Assembly (NCBI GenBank): GCA_963663765.2
Contig: CAXXUA010000013.1
Location: 256,001-320,000, forward strand
DNA length: 64,000 bases
Direction of reading: 5' to 3'
Origin: Candidatus Poribacteria bacterium
GTDB taxonomy: Bacteria > Poribacteria > WGA-4E > WGA-3G
Part shown: positions 42,817 to 52,317 of the stretch, piece by piece
How the letters are laid out: each line of letters begins with the position of its first letter
Position numbering within the stretch: position 1 is the first letter of the stretch
Notes under the pieces: generated by a model
What the model was told of the DNA's origin: nothing
Databases searched by the model: none
Seen by the model: the letters and a program-made list of their open reading frames with translations, nothing else
Made by a program: the position numbers and the translations under genes

Positions 42817-43681
42817 GGTAGTGTTTACATATTCTTATATTGTTATGAGAATTGATGCGAAATATACAAAACCGAGATACCGGTCTGCGTATTTATCATA
42901 ACGTGTTGCTACACGACGATACTGTTTTAATCGATGAAAGAAACGTTCTATTTTGTTTCGCCGTTTATATAACTCTTTGTCATAGGTGCGTATTTCAGTG
43001 CGATTTTTGCGCGGCGGTATTACAGCCGTCGCATTGTTGGAGACAATCTCCTCTATAAAAGCATCCGAATCGTAGGCTTTATCTCCTATCACATACTGAT
43101 AAGAATAACCTTTGATCAGCGCAGATGCTTGCGTAATATCATGGCATTGTCCTGCTGTCAAAGTAAACCTGAGAGGTATCCATTCATCGCTGAGAGATAG
43201 ATTTAGTTTCGTGGTAAATCCGCCTCGGCTCCGACCAAGTGCTTGTGTTTCTTGTCCTCCTTTTTTTTAGGTGCACCGGCTGAGCAGGAGTGGGCACGCA
43301 CTATCGTGCTATCAACGAGAATGGTAGAAATCTCACTCGCATCGTGAAAATGTTGGGGCATTGCTTGAAAAATACCCGATTCACACCATCTACCGAACCG
43401 ACGATAGATAGTGTTCCAGTATCCATAGACTTTAGGCAAAGCACGCCAGGAAGCTCCTTCTTTAGTCATCCAGACAAGTGCAGAGAGAAACCGTCTGCAG
43501 TCTTGTGGATCACCAATATAGACGTTGGGATACGCTCGGAGAAAAGGTAAAAGGCTTTTCCAAGCTGCGTCACTGATGGAATGCGGGAGTTCTTGGGATT
43601 TATCTGTTTTTTCGCTTTTCATATATACAAAATACTATAATATCTGTAAAATATCAATACAAATTAAATGTAAACACAACC
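42817..43681 (-). mobile_element. IS5-family insertion sequence (IS427-like, ~865 bp)
   Basis: TIR GGTAGTGTTTACAT / ATGTAAACACAACC flanked by TA; two overlapping transposase ORFs. Confidence 0.9.
42835..43622 (-). CDS. IS5 transposase, two ORFs joined by a probable -1 frameshift
   Basis: WRALPKVYGYWNTIYRRFGRW, DSTIVRAH; A8-GG at ~43261; -1 frame gives ALGRSRGGFTTK...GDKAYDS...RNKIERFF..LKQYRRVATRYDK. Confidence 0.9.
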
Positions 43682-43861
43682 TAGTAACAATGAAAGCATG
43701 GCATCCAGGTCACGAAAAACAACAAGATGAAGCTCAAATTGAAGATAGAGAAGTACTCTCGTCTGATGATTTTGTTGACAATTAGATGACTTTACTGGAC
43801 GATGACTTGTGGAGTGCGGACAACAGTGCCACAGGTCATCGTTTATATGAGGTATTATGTT

Positions 43862-44890
43862 ATGAAAATAAAACGTAGACTCACGTTTTTGTCTGTGTTC
43901 ATGGGGCTTGCTATTTTCCTGTTTTATGCATTGAATATTGATGCCAAAATAGTATTTCAAGCGAGAATAGAACATACAGGAGATACACTTTCTCATATCT
44001 ATGCGATGGAAGATGACGGTAGTAATTTACGTAGAATAACGAGTCCACAACGCTATGATCGTGTCCCACGTTGGTTTCCTGATGGTAAACAGATAGTATT
44101 TGAAAGAGATTGGGGGTATGGGAAGCAAAACACAGGGGATACCAGGCATAGAGAATTTTTTATTATTGATGAAACAGGCATGAACGAACATAGCTTTATG
44201 GACAATCATCGTAAAGATACAGACCCTGTTCCCTCTCCTGATGGTCAATATATTCTTTTTGATAGTTATCGTGATAATAAATATCTGGATATTTATAGTT
44301 ACGATTTAGTCCGTAAAAAACTAAATCAACTGACACACAACAACACAATAGAAGATGGATTTACACAAAGGCCTACCTGGTCTCCTGACGGTAACAAGGT
44401 TGTATATCACAATGTAGGAGATACTATTTGGATAATGGATTCAGATGGAAGCAGAAAAGAACGTATTACGCCTTTTCATCAAGGGAATACATTCCTTAAT
44501 CGAGCGTATCAAAGTTGGTCGCCTTCTGGCAAATATATTATGTACTATGAATCAGAATTTGTAAATGAACCCTTAAAGGTCATAACAAATCATATTATTA
44601 TTCAGAATGTTTGGACAGACACACGTACCATACATAAATTTCCGGTAGAAGGGAGATTTACTGGGTTAGCATGGATGGGGAATGATAACTCTGTGCTGTT
44701 TGCATACAGAGAACAACGATCTGATTCACCACGTAATATTTATCGGTATGAACTAAATAGTCGTAAGATGACAAAACTTACCGATTTTCCATTAGGACAT
44801 GCTATATTTCCACATTGGGTTGAAGGCTCGCTTGCAGTATCACCACAAGATAAAATAACGACATGTTGGGGACATTTAATACAAAAGTAA
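43862..44890 (+). CDS. secreted TolB-like (PD40) beta-propeller protein
   Basis: Signal peptide, PRWFPDGKQIVF, PSPDGQYI, PTWSPDGNKV; tail AVSPQDKITTCWGHL. Confidence 0.88.
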   Translation: MKIKRRLTFLSVFMGLAIFLFYALNIDAKIVFQARIEHTGDTLSHIYAMEDDGSNLRRITSPQRYDRVPRWFPDGKQIVFERDWGYGKQNTGDTRHREFFIIDETGMNEHSFMDNHRKDTDPVPSPDGQYILFDSYRDNKYLDIYSYDLVRKKLNQLTHNNTIEDGFTQRPTWSPDGNKVVYHNVGDTIWIMDSDGSRKERITPFHQGNTFLNRAYQSWSPSGKYIMYYESEFVNEPLKVITNHIIIQNVWTDTRTIHKFPVEGRFTGLAWMGNDNSVLFAYREQRSDSPRNIYRYELNSRKMTKLTDFPLGHAIFPHWVEGSLAVSPQDKITTCWGHLIQK

Positions 44891-44926
44891 AATAACAAGC
44901 ATTTACCATAATGGACGCAATACCTT

Positions 44927-45285
44927 CAGGGTTATTCAGTTTTATAAACAGGACCTACGCAAAAACGGTAGGCGTGCTTTGTAAGCGCGCTGGAAACCCA
45001 TAAAAACGCTGATAATTGCATCATTTTCAACATAATTTTTGATTAAATCAAGAAAACTGCGTAAGTCCTGATAAATTGCAAGTCCATGAGTTTTACTAAT
45101 AGTTAGTTTTGATTGCATCAGTGCAACGTATTAGGCACACGTCGTGGGTTATCCGTGATCTAATCTAAAAACTGCACACGGCGCGTGCCTACTACCATGT
45201 CCGATTATTGATTATTATATAACCCACAATACATTCACATTTGTGATAAAATGGTTCAGGAAAAACCTAAAACTAAATACCCCTA
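44927..45285. mobile_element. MITE family B-like element hosting a family A copy
   Basis: Ends CAGGGTTATTCAGTTTT / AAAACTAAATACCCCT match TIRs of 51621..51979; no clear TSD. Confidence 0.55.
44949..45070. mobile_element. MITE family A, copy 5 (122 bp)
   Basis: TIR CAGGACCTACGCA/TGCGTAAGTCCTG; TSD ataaa. Confidence 0.87.
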
Positions 45286-45286
45286 C

Positions 45287-45877
45287 TCACCAACGCATAG
45301 CGGCTTCGCGATATAACTGAATTTGTTCAATGTTGCGTGTTACTCTGCTTTGTAAAGATTTCCGCTTGCGATTTATGTCTTTTAGGACAATCGGTGCACG
45401 AAGCATATTTGCTAATGTTACAATACCTGATTCATAATAGACCCACATGCGTTGTTCGGTATAGGGATTGAGAACATAAGCAGAGTTTGGGTTTTCTGAT
45501 TGTGATACGATCTCTGCATAAGAGTCATATTTCGGATATGCTAATTCAATTGTTTTGTCATATCCTTCTAAAAACAACTGTTCAGGTGGTATTCTTGGTG
45601 TGTACCCGCTCATTTTACACTTAGTGAACTGTATGGGGGCAGAAGATTTATTTATTAGATGAAATGAAACAACGATAGCTATACGGTTATTGTCATCACG
45701 ATTTATGAACCACGAATCTTCCTGCATGATTTCTATTGTTAATCCGGGTATTTGCTTCCATCTGTGGTACACAATGGCTAACATAATAACGCAGACGAGA
45801 CCGAATATCACCCAATTTCCTGTAGGTGAAGCAAGGAAGCTTAGGAGTTGCTTAAATACCTGTTGTAGCACTTCCAC
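45287..45877 (-). CDS. hypothetical membrane-anchored protein
   Basis: 196-aa ORF with one N-terminal TM; overlaps the end of tsaC. Confidence 0.7.
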   Translation of the reverse strand: MEVLQQVFKQLLSFLASPTGNWVIFGLVCVIMLAIVYHRWKQIPGLTIEIMQEDSWFINRDDNNRIAIVVSFHLINKSSAPIQFTKCKMSGYTPRIPPEQLFLEGYDKTIELAYPKYDSYAEIVSQSENPNSAYVLNPYTEQRMWVYYESGIVTLANMLRAPIVLKDINRKRKSLQSRVTRNIEQIQLYREAAMRW

Positions 45878-46467
45878 TCCTTGTCAAGTGTTTCAGAAGG
45901 TATAACCCCCTCTCTGAGGACATTTGGAGGTGACACTGATAGGTCATAGACTGTTGATGGTATAGGACCAGGTGTTTCTCCATCATCTACAATGTAGTCT
46001 ATTCTTGAATACAAGATTTCACTGAATTCCTGTGGTGATGTTGCTGCAGGTTGTCCAGTGAGATTTGCACTTGTAATTGCTAAAGGAGCACCAAATTCGC
46101 GTATAATTTGCATTAATAACGGTTGATTTGGAATCCGTAATCCGACAGTAGTACCCTCCGCAGTCAATTGCGGCAGTAAGTTCTTTGCTTCCACAATGAT
46201 TGTGAGTCCGCCGGGCCAAAACCTTTCTGTGAGATGATAAAAGTATTCTGGTATGTTCTGAGCAACTTGATTGACATCTTCAATTGAACCAAGGACTAAA
46301 GGTATAGGTTTCTCTTCTGGTCTGCCTTTTATGGTATATAGTTTTTGAACAGCATTTGCATTAAATGGGTCAACCCCTATACCATAGACTGTGTCTGTGG
46401 GAATAGCGATAATTCCACCAGACTTTAGATAATCCACAGATGCTATAACACGAGTATCAGTTTCCAC
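45841..46467 (-). CDS. tsaC: L-threonylcarbamoyladenylate synthase (YrdC/Sua5 family)
   Basis: PTDTVYG, KGRPEEKP, FWPGGLT, TSANLTG; next to tsaD. Confidence 0.93.
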   Translation of the reverse strand: METDTRVIASVDYLKSGGIIAIPTDTVYGIGVDPFNANAVQKLYTIKGRPEEKPIPLVLGSIEDVNQVAQNIPEYFYHLTERFWPGGLTIIVEAKNLLPQLTAEGTTVGLRIPNQPLLMQIIREFGAPLAITSANLTGQPAATSPQEFSEILYSRIDYIVDDGETPGPIPSTVYDLSVSPPNVLREGVIPSETLDKEWKCYNRYLSNS

Positions 46468-46481
46468 TAATTATTCCTTTG

Positions 46482-47504
46482 TTATACATCTACAATTGAT
46501 CCATTAGCTGCAGCATTGAGGGATAGTTCATCTCTCAATCCTTGCTGATATTTCTCAAAAGCGATTCCTGCGATCATCGCCCCGTTATCTGTACATAAGT
46601 TTATAGGTGGATAGTAGACCTCAGCTCCAATTTCTCGTGCAGCAGATTTTAAAGAGATTCGTAATTGGCTATTCGCAGCAACACCCCCTGTCAAGGTTAT
46701 GGTTTTGCATCCAGAAGTTTTCGCCGCATGTACCGTTTTTGACACAAGTACATCTACGACGGCTGCTTGAAAACTTGCAGCAATATCCTCAATTGTTATT
46801 TCACCCGCTTCAATGATTCCATCACGATCGGCTTTTTCAACATAATATCGGACAGATGTTTTGACACCACTAAAGCTGAATTGGTAATCTCCGCTCTGTA
46901 TCATCGGACGTGGAAAGTCTATTGCGGTTGGATCTCCTTTTTGTGCAAGTTCGTCAATTATTTTACCCCCAGGAAAACCGAGTCCCATATATTTTGCGAC
47001 TTTATCATAAACTTCTCCAGCAGCATCATCCTGTGTTGTTCCTAACACCTTGTATTCCCATCCTTCGTGAACTTCTACGAGCAATGTATGTCCACCTGAG
47101 ACTGTTAAGCATATATGAGGAAATGACAAGTTGTCATGCACCATATAATTAGCATAGATGTGTCCTTCTATATGATTTATACCAAGTAAAGGAAGGTTAA
47201 AGGCATAAGCAAGGCTTTTCGCTGCAGCAACACCGACAAGCAACGCCCCAATTAATCCAGGACGATTTGTAACCGCAATGGCATCTAAGTCATTGAAAGT
47301 CACTTCTGCTTCATTCAGTGCTTTGTTGACTATAAAGTTGATGGCTTCGATGTGTTTGCGCGATGCTATTTCTGGAACAACACCACCATATTCTTGATGT
47401 GCTTTTACCTGTGAAGCGACAATATTTGATAACACTTCCCGTCCATTACGAACGATTGCTGCAGCCGTTTCGTCACAGGATGTATCAATTCCAAGTATTT
47501 TCAC
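46482..47504 (-). CDS. tsaD: tRNA N6-threonylcarbamoyltransferase
   Basis: ILGIDTSCDET, GGVVPEIASRKH, NHIEGH, VSGGHT, DDAAGE, CTDNGAMIA; GTG 47504 preferred. Confidence 0.96.
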   Translation of the reverse strand: MKILGIDTSCDETAAAIVRNGREVLSNIVASQVKAHQEYGGVVPEIASRKHIEAINFIVNKALNEAEVTFNDLDAIAVTNRPGLIGALLVGVAAAKSLAYAFNLPLLGINHIEGHIYANYMVHDNLSFPHICLTVSGGHTLLVEVHEGWEYKVLGTTQDDAAGEVYDKVAKYMGLGFPGGKIIDELAQKGDPTAIDFPRPMIQSGDYQFSFSGVKTSVRYYVEKADRDGIIEAGEITIEDIAASFQAAVVDVLVSKTVHAAKTSGCKTITLTGGVAANSQLRISLKSAAREIGAEVYYPPINLCTDNGAMIAGIAFEKYQQGLRDELSLNAAANGSIVDV

Positions 47505-47644
47505 AAATCTATCTTTTTCTTTCAATCTCACTGATAAGGTGATTGAGTGCGGATTAATAACGATAACACCTGAGAACAAAAAACACCAAAATAAGGACTT
47601 TTACACTCTAACCCAATATCAATAGCAGTAATGCTATAGGTCAA

Positions 47645-47998
47645 GTAGACCGTTGGCGAAACCCATAGGTGTCAACTTAAGGAATTTGACCTCTTGTGGG
47701 AGGGGTTTTCAACCCCGATTTGAGTGGAAATGCACTAAAAAATCGGGGTTGAAAACCCCTCCCACAAGAGAAAATGCAAACAATATTTTCTTAAGTTGAC
47801 ACCTATGGGTAGACCGTTAGCGAAACCCATAAACGTCAATTTAAGAAAAACTGTTGGTGTATCTCTTGTGGGAGGGGTTTTCAACCCCGAATTCACAAAA
47901 GGAATAGTACATAATCGGCGTTGAAAACCACACCCACAAGAGGTCAAAACTCTTAAATTGACGCTTATAGGTTACTCTTAGACTCTACCCAACCTACG
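47645..47998. repeat. two tandem TIR-bounded elements (47662..47809, 47826..47971), each enclosing a REP-like inverted pair
   Basis: Perfect 20-bp IR CCCATAGGTGTCAACTTAAG/CTTAAGTTGACACCTATGGG and a diverged second copy; inner ctcttgtgggaggggttttcaaccccga and its complement. Confidence 0.8.
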
Positions 47999-48083
47999 GC
48001 ATAAACTTTTAGTAACACTCATCAAAGACCGGGTAAATCTGCGTCAGTCCTATAGAAGTACCATTAGCGATTTACCTCATTTG

Positions 48084-50033
48084 TTAACTTTCGTGAGTTT
48101 CGCGTCTTTCTTTAATCATACCGTATAAGACACAACCACCCATTCCTAATAGCACAATTGCAAAGGGAAATCCTGTTGCAAGTGAAGCAGCTTGTAACGC
48201 CTTTAAACCTCCTCCCAATAACAGCGCGATAGCAACCAATCCTTCAACAGTACACCAGAACACACGTTGTGGGACCGGTGCGTCAACCTTGCCACCTGCT
48301 GCAATGATGTCAATAATCAGAGAACCGGAGTCGGATGAAGTAACGAAAAAGATTATTGTCAACAGCATTGCCGCACAAGAGAGAAACAATGCCCACGGTA
48401 GTTCACCTAACATTTCGAACAGAGCGATTGGGTAATTATATTTCTCAACTTGTTCGGTTACTCCCGTGAAGTTACTAGTGAGGAATTGGTGGATAGCTGT
48501 GCCACCAAAGGCACTAAACCAGAGTAGACACAATAACGTCGGCAAAAGAAGCACGAAGATTACAAATTCGCGAACCGTCCGTCCCTTTGAAATTCGTGCA
48601 ATGAACGTACCGATGAATGGTGCCCAGGCAATCCACCATGCCCAATAGAATGTCGTCCAATCATGAAAGAAGCCAGTGTCCTCGCGTCCGACCCAGTTGC
48701 TGAGCGGTACAATATTCATCACATAGGACCCAACTCCAGCGAACATACTTTGGAAAATGTAACGTGTTGGACCAAGAACAAAAATAGCCAAGAGTAACAA
48801 AAACGCAAGAATAATGTTGAACTGGCTAAGACGTTTGATACCCACGTTAATACCTGTCATCACTGATATGAGTGCAATGCAGGTAATCCCTACAATCAGC
48901 AGGATCATTGTCAAGTTGTTTGCTGGTATCCCAAACAGATGGTCAAGACCGGTAGTTACCTGTTGCACACCTAAACCGAGTGAGGTAGCAAGACCAAAAA
49001 TACCTGCAAAAATAGCAAATGTATCAATGATGTGTCCAGTCCAACCCCATATTCTATCACCAAATATAGGGTAAAACGCGGATCGGATGAGGAGTGGAAG
49101 CCCGCGGTTATAGGCGAAAAAAGCAAGAGCGAGTCCAACGACACCGTAAATCGCCCATCCTTGTAGTCCCCAGTGAAAAACTGTTGTTGCTATTCCCAAG
49201 GAGGCTGCAGCTTGAACTTTGGTATCTATTATGTTAGGGACATCTTTAACACTGTAATCTGCCTCTGCGTCATAATTGGGATCTCCGATGTTAGGGACAT
49301 CTTCAACATTATAAATTGCATTTGCATCATAAATCGTATCTGCCCCCAACGGGGAATAGTAACCCCCTTGAAAATAGGTGACCGGTTCTGACACACCAAA
49401 GAATAGAAGCCCGATTCCCACGCCTGCAGCAAAAAGCATGGCAAGCCATGTTAAGTAGGAATACTCAGGTTTTGCATCTGCGCCACCTAACCGAATCTTA
49501 CCAAGAGGAGAAAGTGCAACAACCAGACAAAAGAGAAATACAAGATTGGTAGTGATCATGAATAACCAGTCGAGATTATTGGTAAGCCATTTCCGGAGAC
49601 CATTAAAAAGTACTGGTACCTTTGACTTAATTTTCTCATCCATAAGAGTAAATTTACCATCTTGAAGTATTTCTTCACGTATATCCTGAAGTTCATCTTC
49701 CTTAAGTATTCCCTCAAAATCATCTTTAGGACGTATTTTCAGTATTTTCAATAGATCATCATCTCGAAGTTCTTCCTGAAGTTTGACCTGAAGCTCACTT
49801 TCCTGAAGTTCACCTTCCTGTAGTATATTCTGATGTATTTCCTGAAGTTTATCTTGGAGCTTACCTTCCTGAAGATTGATATAGAATAGAGTGCCAACGA
49901 TAAATGCAACGATAGTGATACTGGAAATTATGAATACAGGAGTCAAGTAAATCTCTAAACCGAATAGTTTCCTGTACTTGCCTTCATCTACTTGATGCGG
50001 CATCTGATGGGATTGTTTTCCTTCTTCGTTCAT
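48084..50033 (-). CDS. BCCT family (betaine/carnitine/choline) transporter
   Basis: WLAMLFAAGVGIGLLFFGVSEP, FHWGLQGWAIY, WTTFYWAWWIAWAPF.G.FIARISKGRT.REF, TSSDSGS. Confidence 0.95.
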   Translation of the reverse strand: MNEEGKQSHQMPHQVDEGKYRKLFGLEIYLTPVFIISSITIVAFIVGTLFYINLQEGKLQDKLQEIHQNILQEGELQESELQVKLQEELRDDDLLKILKIRPKDDFEGILKEDELQDIREEILQDGKFTLMDEKIKSKVPVLFNGLRKWLTNNLDWLFMITTNLVFLFCLVVALSPLGKIRLGGADAKPEYSYLTWLAMLFAAGVGIGLLFFGVSEPVTYFQGGYYSPLGADTIYDANAIYNVEDVPNIGDPNYDAEADYSVKDVPNIIDTKVQAAASLGIATTVFHWGLQGWAIYGVVGLALAFFAYNRGLPLLIRSAFYPIFGDRIWGWTGHIIDTFAIFAGIFGLATSLGLGVQQVTTGLDHLFGIPANNLTMILLIVGITCIALISVMTGINVGIKRLSQFNIILAFLLLLAIFVLGPTRYIFQSMFAGVGSYVMNIVPLSNWVGREDTGFFHDWTTFYWAWWIAWAPFIGTFIARISKGRTVREFVIFVLLLPTLLCLLWFSAFGGTAIHQFLTSNFTGVTEQVEKYNYPIALFEMLGELPWALFLSCAAMLLTIIFFVTSSDSGSLIIDIIAAGGKVDAPVPQRVFWCTVEGLVAIALLLGGGLKALQAASLATGFPFAIVLLGMGGCVLYGMIKERRETHES

Positions 50034-50052
50034 TTCAATATTCTCCTTATAG

Positions 50053-50082
50053 AGGTAGGCACGCTAAAAGCATGACTACCTT
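50053..50082. other. intergenic hairpin between porin and BCCT genes
   Basis: aggtaggcacgct-aaa-agcatgactacct imperfect stem-loop. Confidence 0.4.
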
Positions 50083-50099
50083 AGGATAGTGTGAACTGA

Positions 50100-51371
50100 T
50101 TAGAAATAGTACCCGAAGTTAAGGTTTAGTCTCCAATTCTGCTTTTTCTCATCGGTATCTTCGTTTGCAGCAAGATCACCAGCCCCATCGTTCCCAACAA
50201 AGGGATTGCCATCAGAAAGTGCAAAATCACTATAGACATATAGTGCACCGTAGAGCGTCCAACTTGCTCCGATTGTTACAAGAGTGCTTGGGTTATATTC
50301 CTCTACTGTTTTAATGATAGAGCTCCATTCCACATAAGGTGTGACACTGTCAAGCCATGAGATACCTGTTGTATCTATACCGTTGTACCGCAGCGAAATA
50401 GCGGGTATTATTCCGTTTGAAGCAACGGGGGATGCGTAATCGTAAGCTCCCATGAGAATCTGGTCTCCCGTACCCCATGGCGTTTCGTCAGCGATATTAT
50501 GGGCGTAATAGGAGAACTGTGAAAAGAGAGTAAAGTTGGCATACGAGTTTTTCATGTGCGCGGAAACAGCATACTGACTTCCGTTCTCATCGTCCCCTAC
50601 ATTTGTTGCTTTGAGTAACCCGTATTGAAGCGATACACCTACGTCTGCTATGTTCTCAACTGCATAGATTGCACGAAGGTTAAATTGATGTTGCTCATCA
50701 TATCCGTGCTCAACGTCCTCAACTTTACGTTTTACAACGTCATAAGCGTATCGAGAACTGTTGAGGCTGGAGCCGTCGGTTTGGAATTCGCTCTGTAAAT
50801 AGTAAGCGACATCATAAGTCAAATTATTAAGAGAACCACTCCAGTTTATACCCAAATCAGGATCATCTGATAGTCCGACATAAAAATGCTGGTCAAAAAA
50901 CCAGCTAGAAGAAACGCCGTAAGGTCCTGGACCAAAAGGTGCACGTACAATACCTGCTTTAAGTGTTCCCAAATCTTCGAAATTATATCCTAACCATGCA
51001 GTGTGTATCATACTGTAACCACTTGAAGCTCCAAACCACCTTGGATACCAACGGTACTCCAGTCTACCAATGATGTTATGAAAGTCAAGGTCGGCATTAA
51101 CACGGAGAATCTCAAGATCGACGTCGCCATTATCATCCCCTCTGCCATCTGTGTAAGTTCCGTATACGTAATTTGCCCGCATTGCCCCACCGATTTTTAT
51201 AGGACTTTTCTTAGGTTCTACGGTTTCAGTTGCTTCTGCGGTTTCTTCGGTGGTATCAGCGATTGCGAATGAAGTGAAAATTAGCAATAAGGCTACACCA
51301 AGACTGAAGAAATATCGATACTTCCTATTCATCATAAAAAAGCGGTTTATAATACCTATATGTAAATTCAC
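50100..51371 (-). CDS. putative outer-membrane beta-barrel (porin)
   Basis: Signal peptide, KIGGAMRANY, C-terminal LNLNFGYYF; GTG 51371 after AAGGAGG; upstream of BCCT. Confidence 0.8.
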   Translation of the reverse strand: MNLHIGIINRFFMMNRKYRYFFSLGVALLLIFTSFAIADTTEETAEATETVEPKKSPIKIGGAMRANYVYGTYTDGRGDDNGDVDLEILRVNADLDFHNIIGRLEYRWYPRWFGASSGYSMIHTAWLGYNFEDLGTLKAGIVRAPFGPGPYGVSSSWFFDQHFYVGLSDDPDLGINWSGSLNNLTYDVAYYLQSEFQTDGSSLNSSRYAYDVVKRKVEDVEHGYDEQHQFNLRAIYAVENIADVGVSLQYGLLKATNVGDDENGSQYAVSAHMKNSYANFTLFSQFSYYAHNIADETPWGTGDQILMGAYDYASPVASNGIIPAISLRYNGIDTTGISWLDSVTPYVEWSSIIKTVEEYNPSTLVTIGASWTLYGALYVYSDFALSDGNPFVGNDGAGDLAANEDTDEKKQNWRLNLNFGYYF

Positions 51372-51620
51372 CAGCTTCCTCCTTATGTAAATAATACTTT
51401 CTAAGAGGGTTTTCACTATATGACGTTGCAGATGTGACGATCCCCCTCAACCGCGCACTACCACAATTAATTTTCATATTATACCATAAACATGAAAAAA
51501 GTTAAATAAAAAACTCTCCCACGGATGTGTAAAGTTTTTGTCACAAGAATGTACTGAATACAGATCTTGCTTAGTATTAGGTAAAATGGTATCCTTCTAA
51601 CAATACCTTCGCCAATAATA

Positions 51621-51979
51621 CAGGGTTATTTAGTTTTAAGAGTTTTCTGTTATTGAGATTTACTGAAAGTTAATACCCAGGTTCGGTTTCCTAACCGAAC
51701 TTTCTGCATCAGTTTTAGATTATTGAAAAATGAACATCGCTCTTTAGTCCCGTAGGGACGATATGTTTATAGAAAACGAATACCATCCACAGTTCTTTAG
51801 TCCCGTAGGGACGATATGTTTATTCTTCTATGTCGTTCCTACGGAACTCAATTGGGGTGGAAAACATTTTCTATAAACATATCGTCCCTACGGGACTAAA
51901 GAACTGGACAAGATGGTACCCCATAAAATTAACGACATAGCAAAATAATATCAAAAATATTGAAAACTAAAAAACCCTG
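51621..51979. mobile_element. MITE family B (359 bp)
   Basis: TIR CAGGGTTATTTAGTTTT / AAAACTAAAAAACCCTG; exact 10-bp TSD GCCAATAATA; contains gtcccgtagggacgatatgtttat repeats. Confidence 0.88.
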
Positions 51980-51990
51980 GCCAATAATAG

Positions 51991-52127
51991 ACATTCTGCC
52001 AGATTGTGTGGGTAACTTTAGCACAATCTGCCAGATTGTGTGGGTAACTTTAGCACATTCTGCCAGATTGTGCGTGTAGTTGTAGCACATTCTGCCAGAT
52101 TGTGCATATAAATTATTCTGCCAGATT
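51991..52127. repeat. 32-bp tandem palindromic repeat (about 4.5 units)
   Basis: acattctgccagattgtgtgggtaactttagc units; core GCACAATCTG-C-CAGATTGTGC palindrome. Confidence 0.88.
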
Positions 52128-52317
52128 CTATCGTCAAATTAGACGCTATGATAATTAAAAATACTTCAACGAAAACCTGAAGTTATTTTTATTTATGTAA
52201 TCCTAACAATATCACAGAGCAATGGTAGATCAACACTATATACTCATTCAACTGAAGCACTCAAAAATGGCGAAGGTATCCTTCTAAAAAACACTATTTT
52301 TATCAGAGAGGATACCA

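Noticed and set aside
47735-47947. 70-aa ORF upstream of tsaD
   Set aside because: It lies wholly within palindromic repeat elements.
51991-52127. Possible CRISPR array
   Set aside because: Linkers are only ~11 bp and two are identical; no cas genes in the window.
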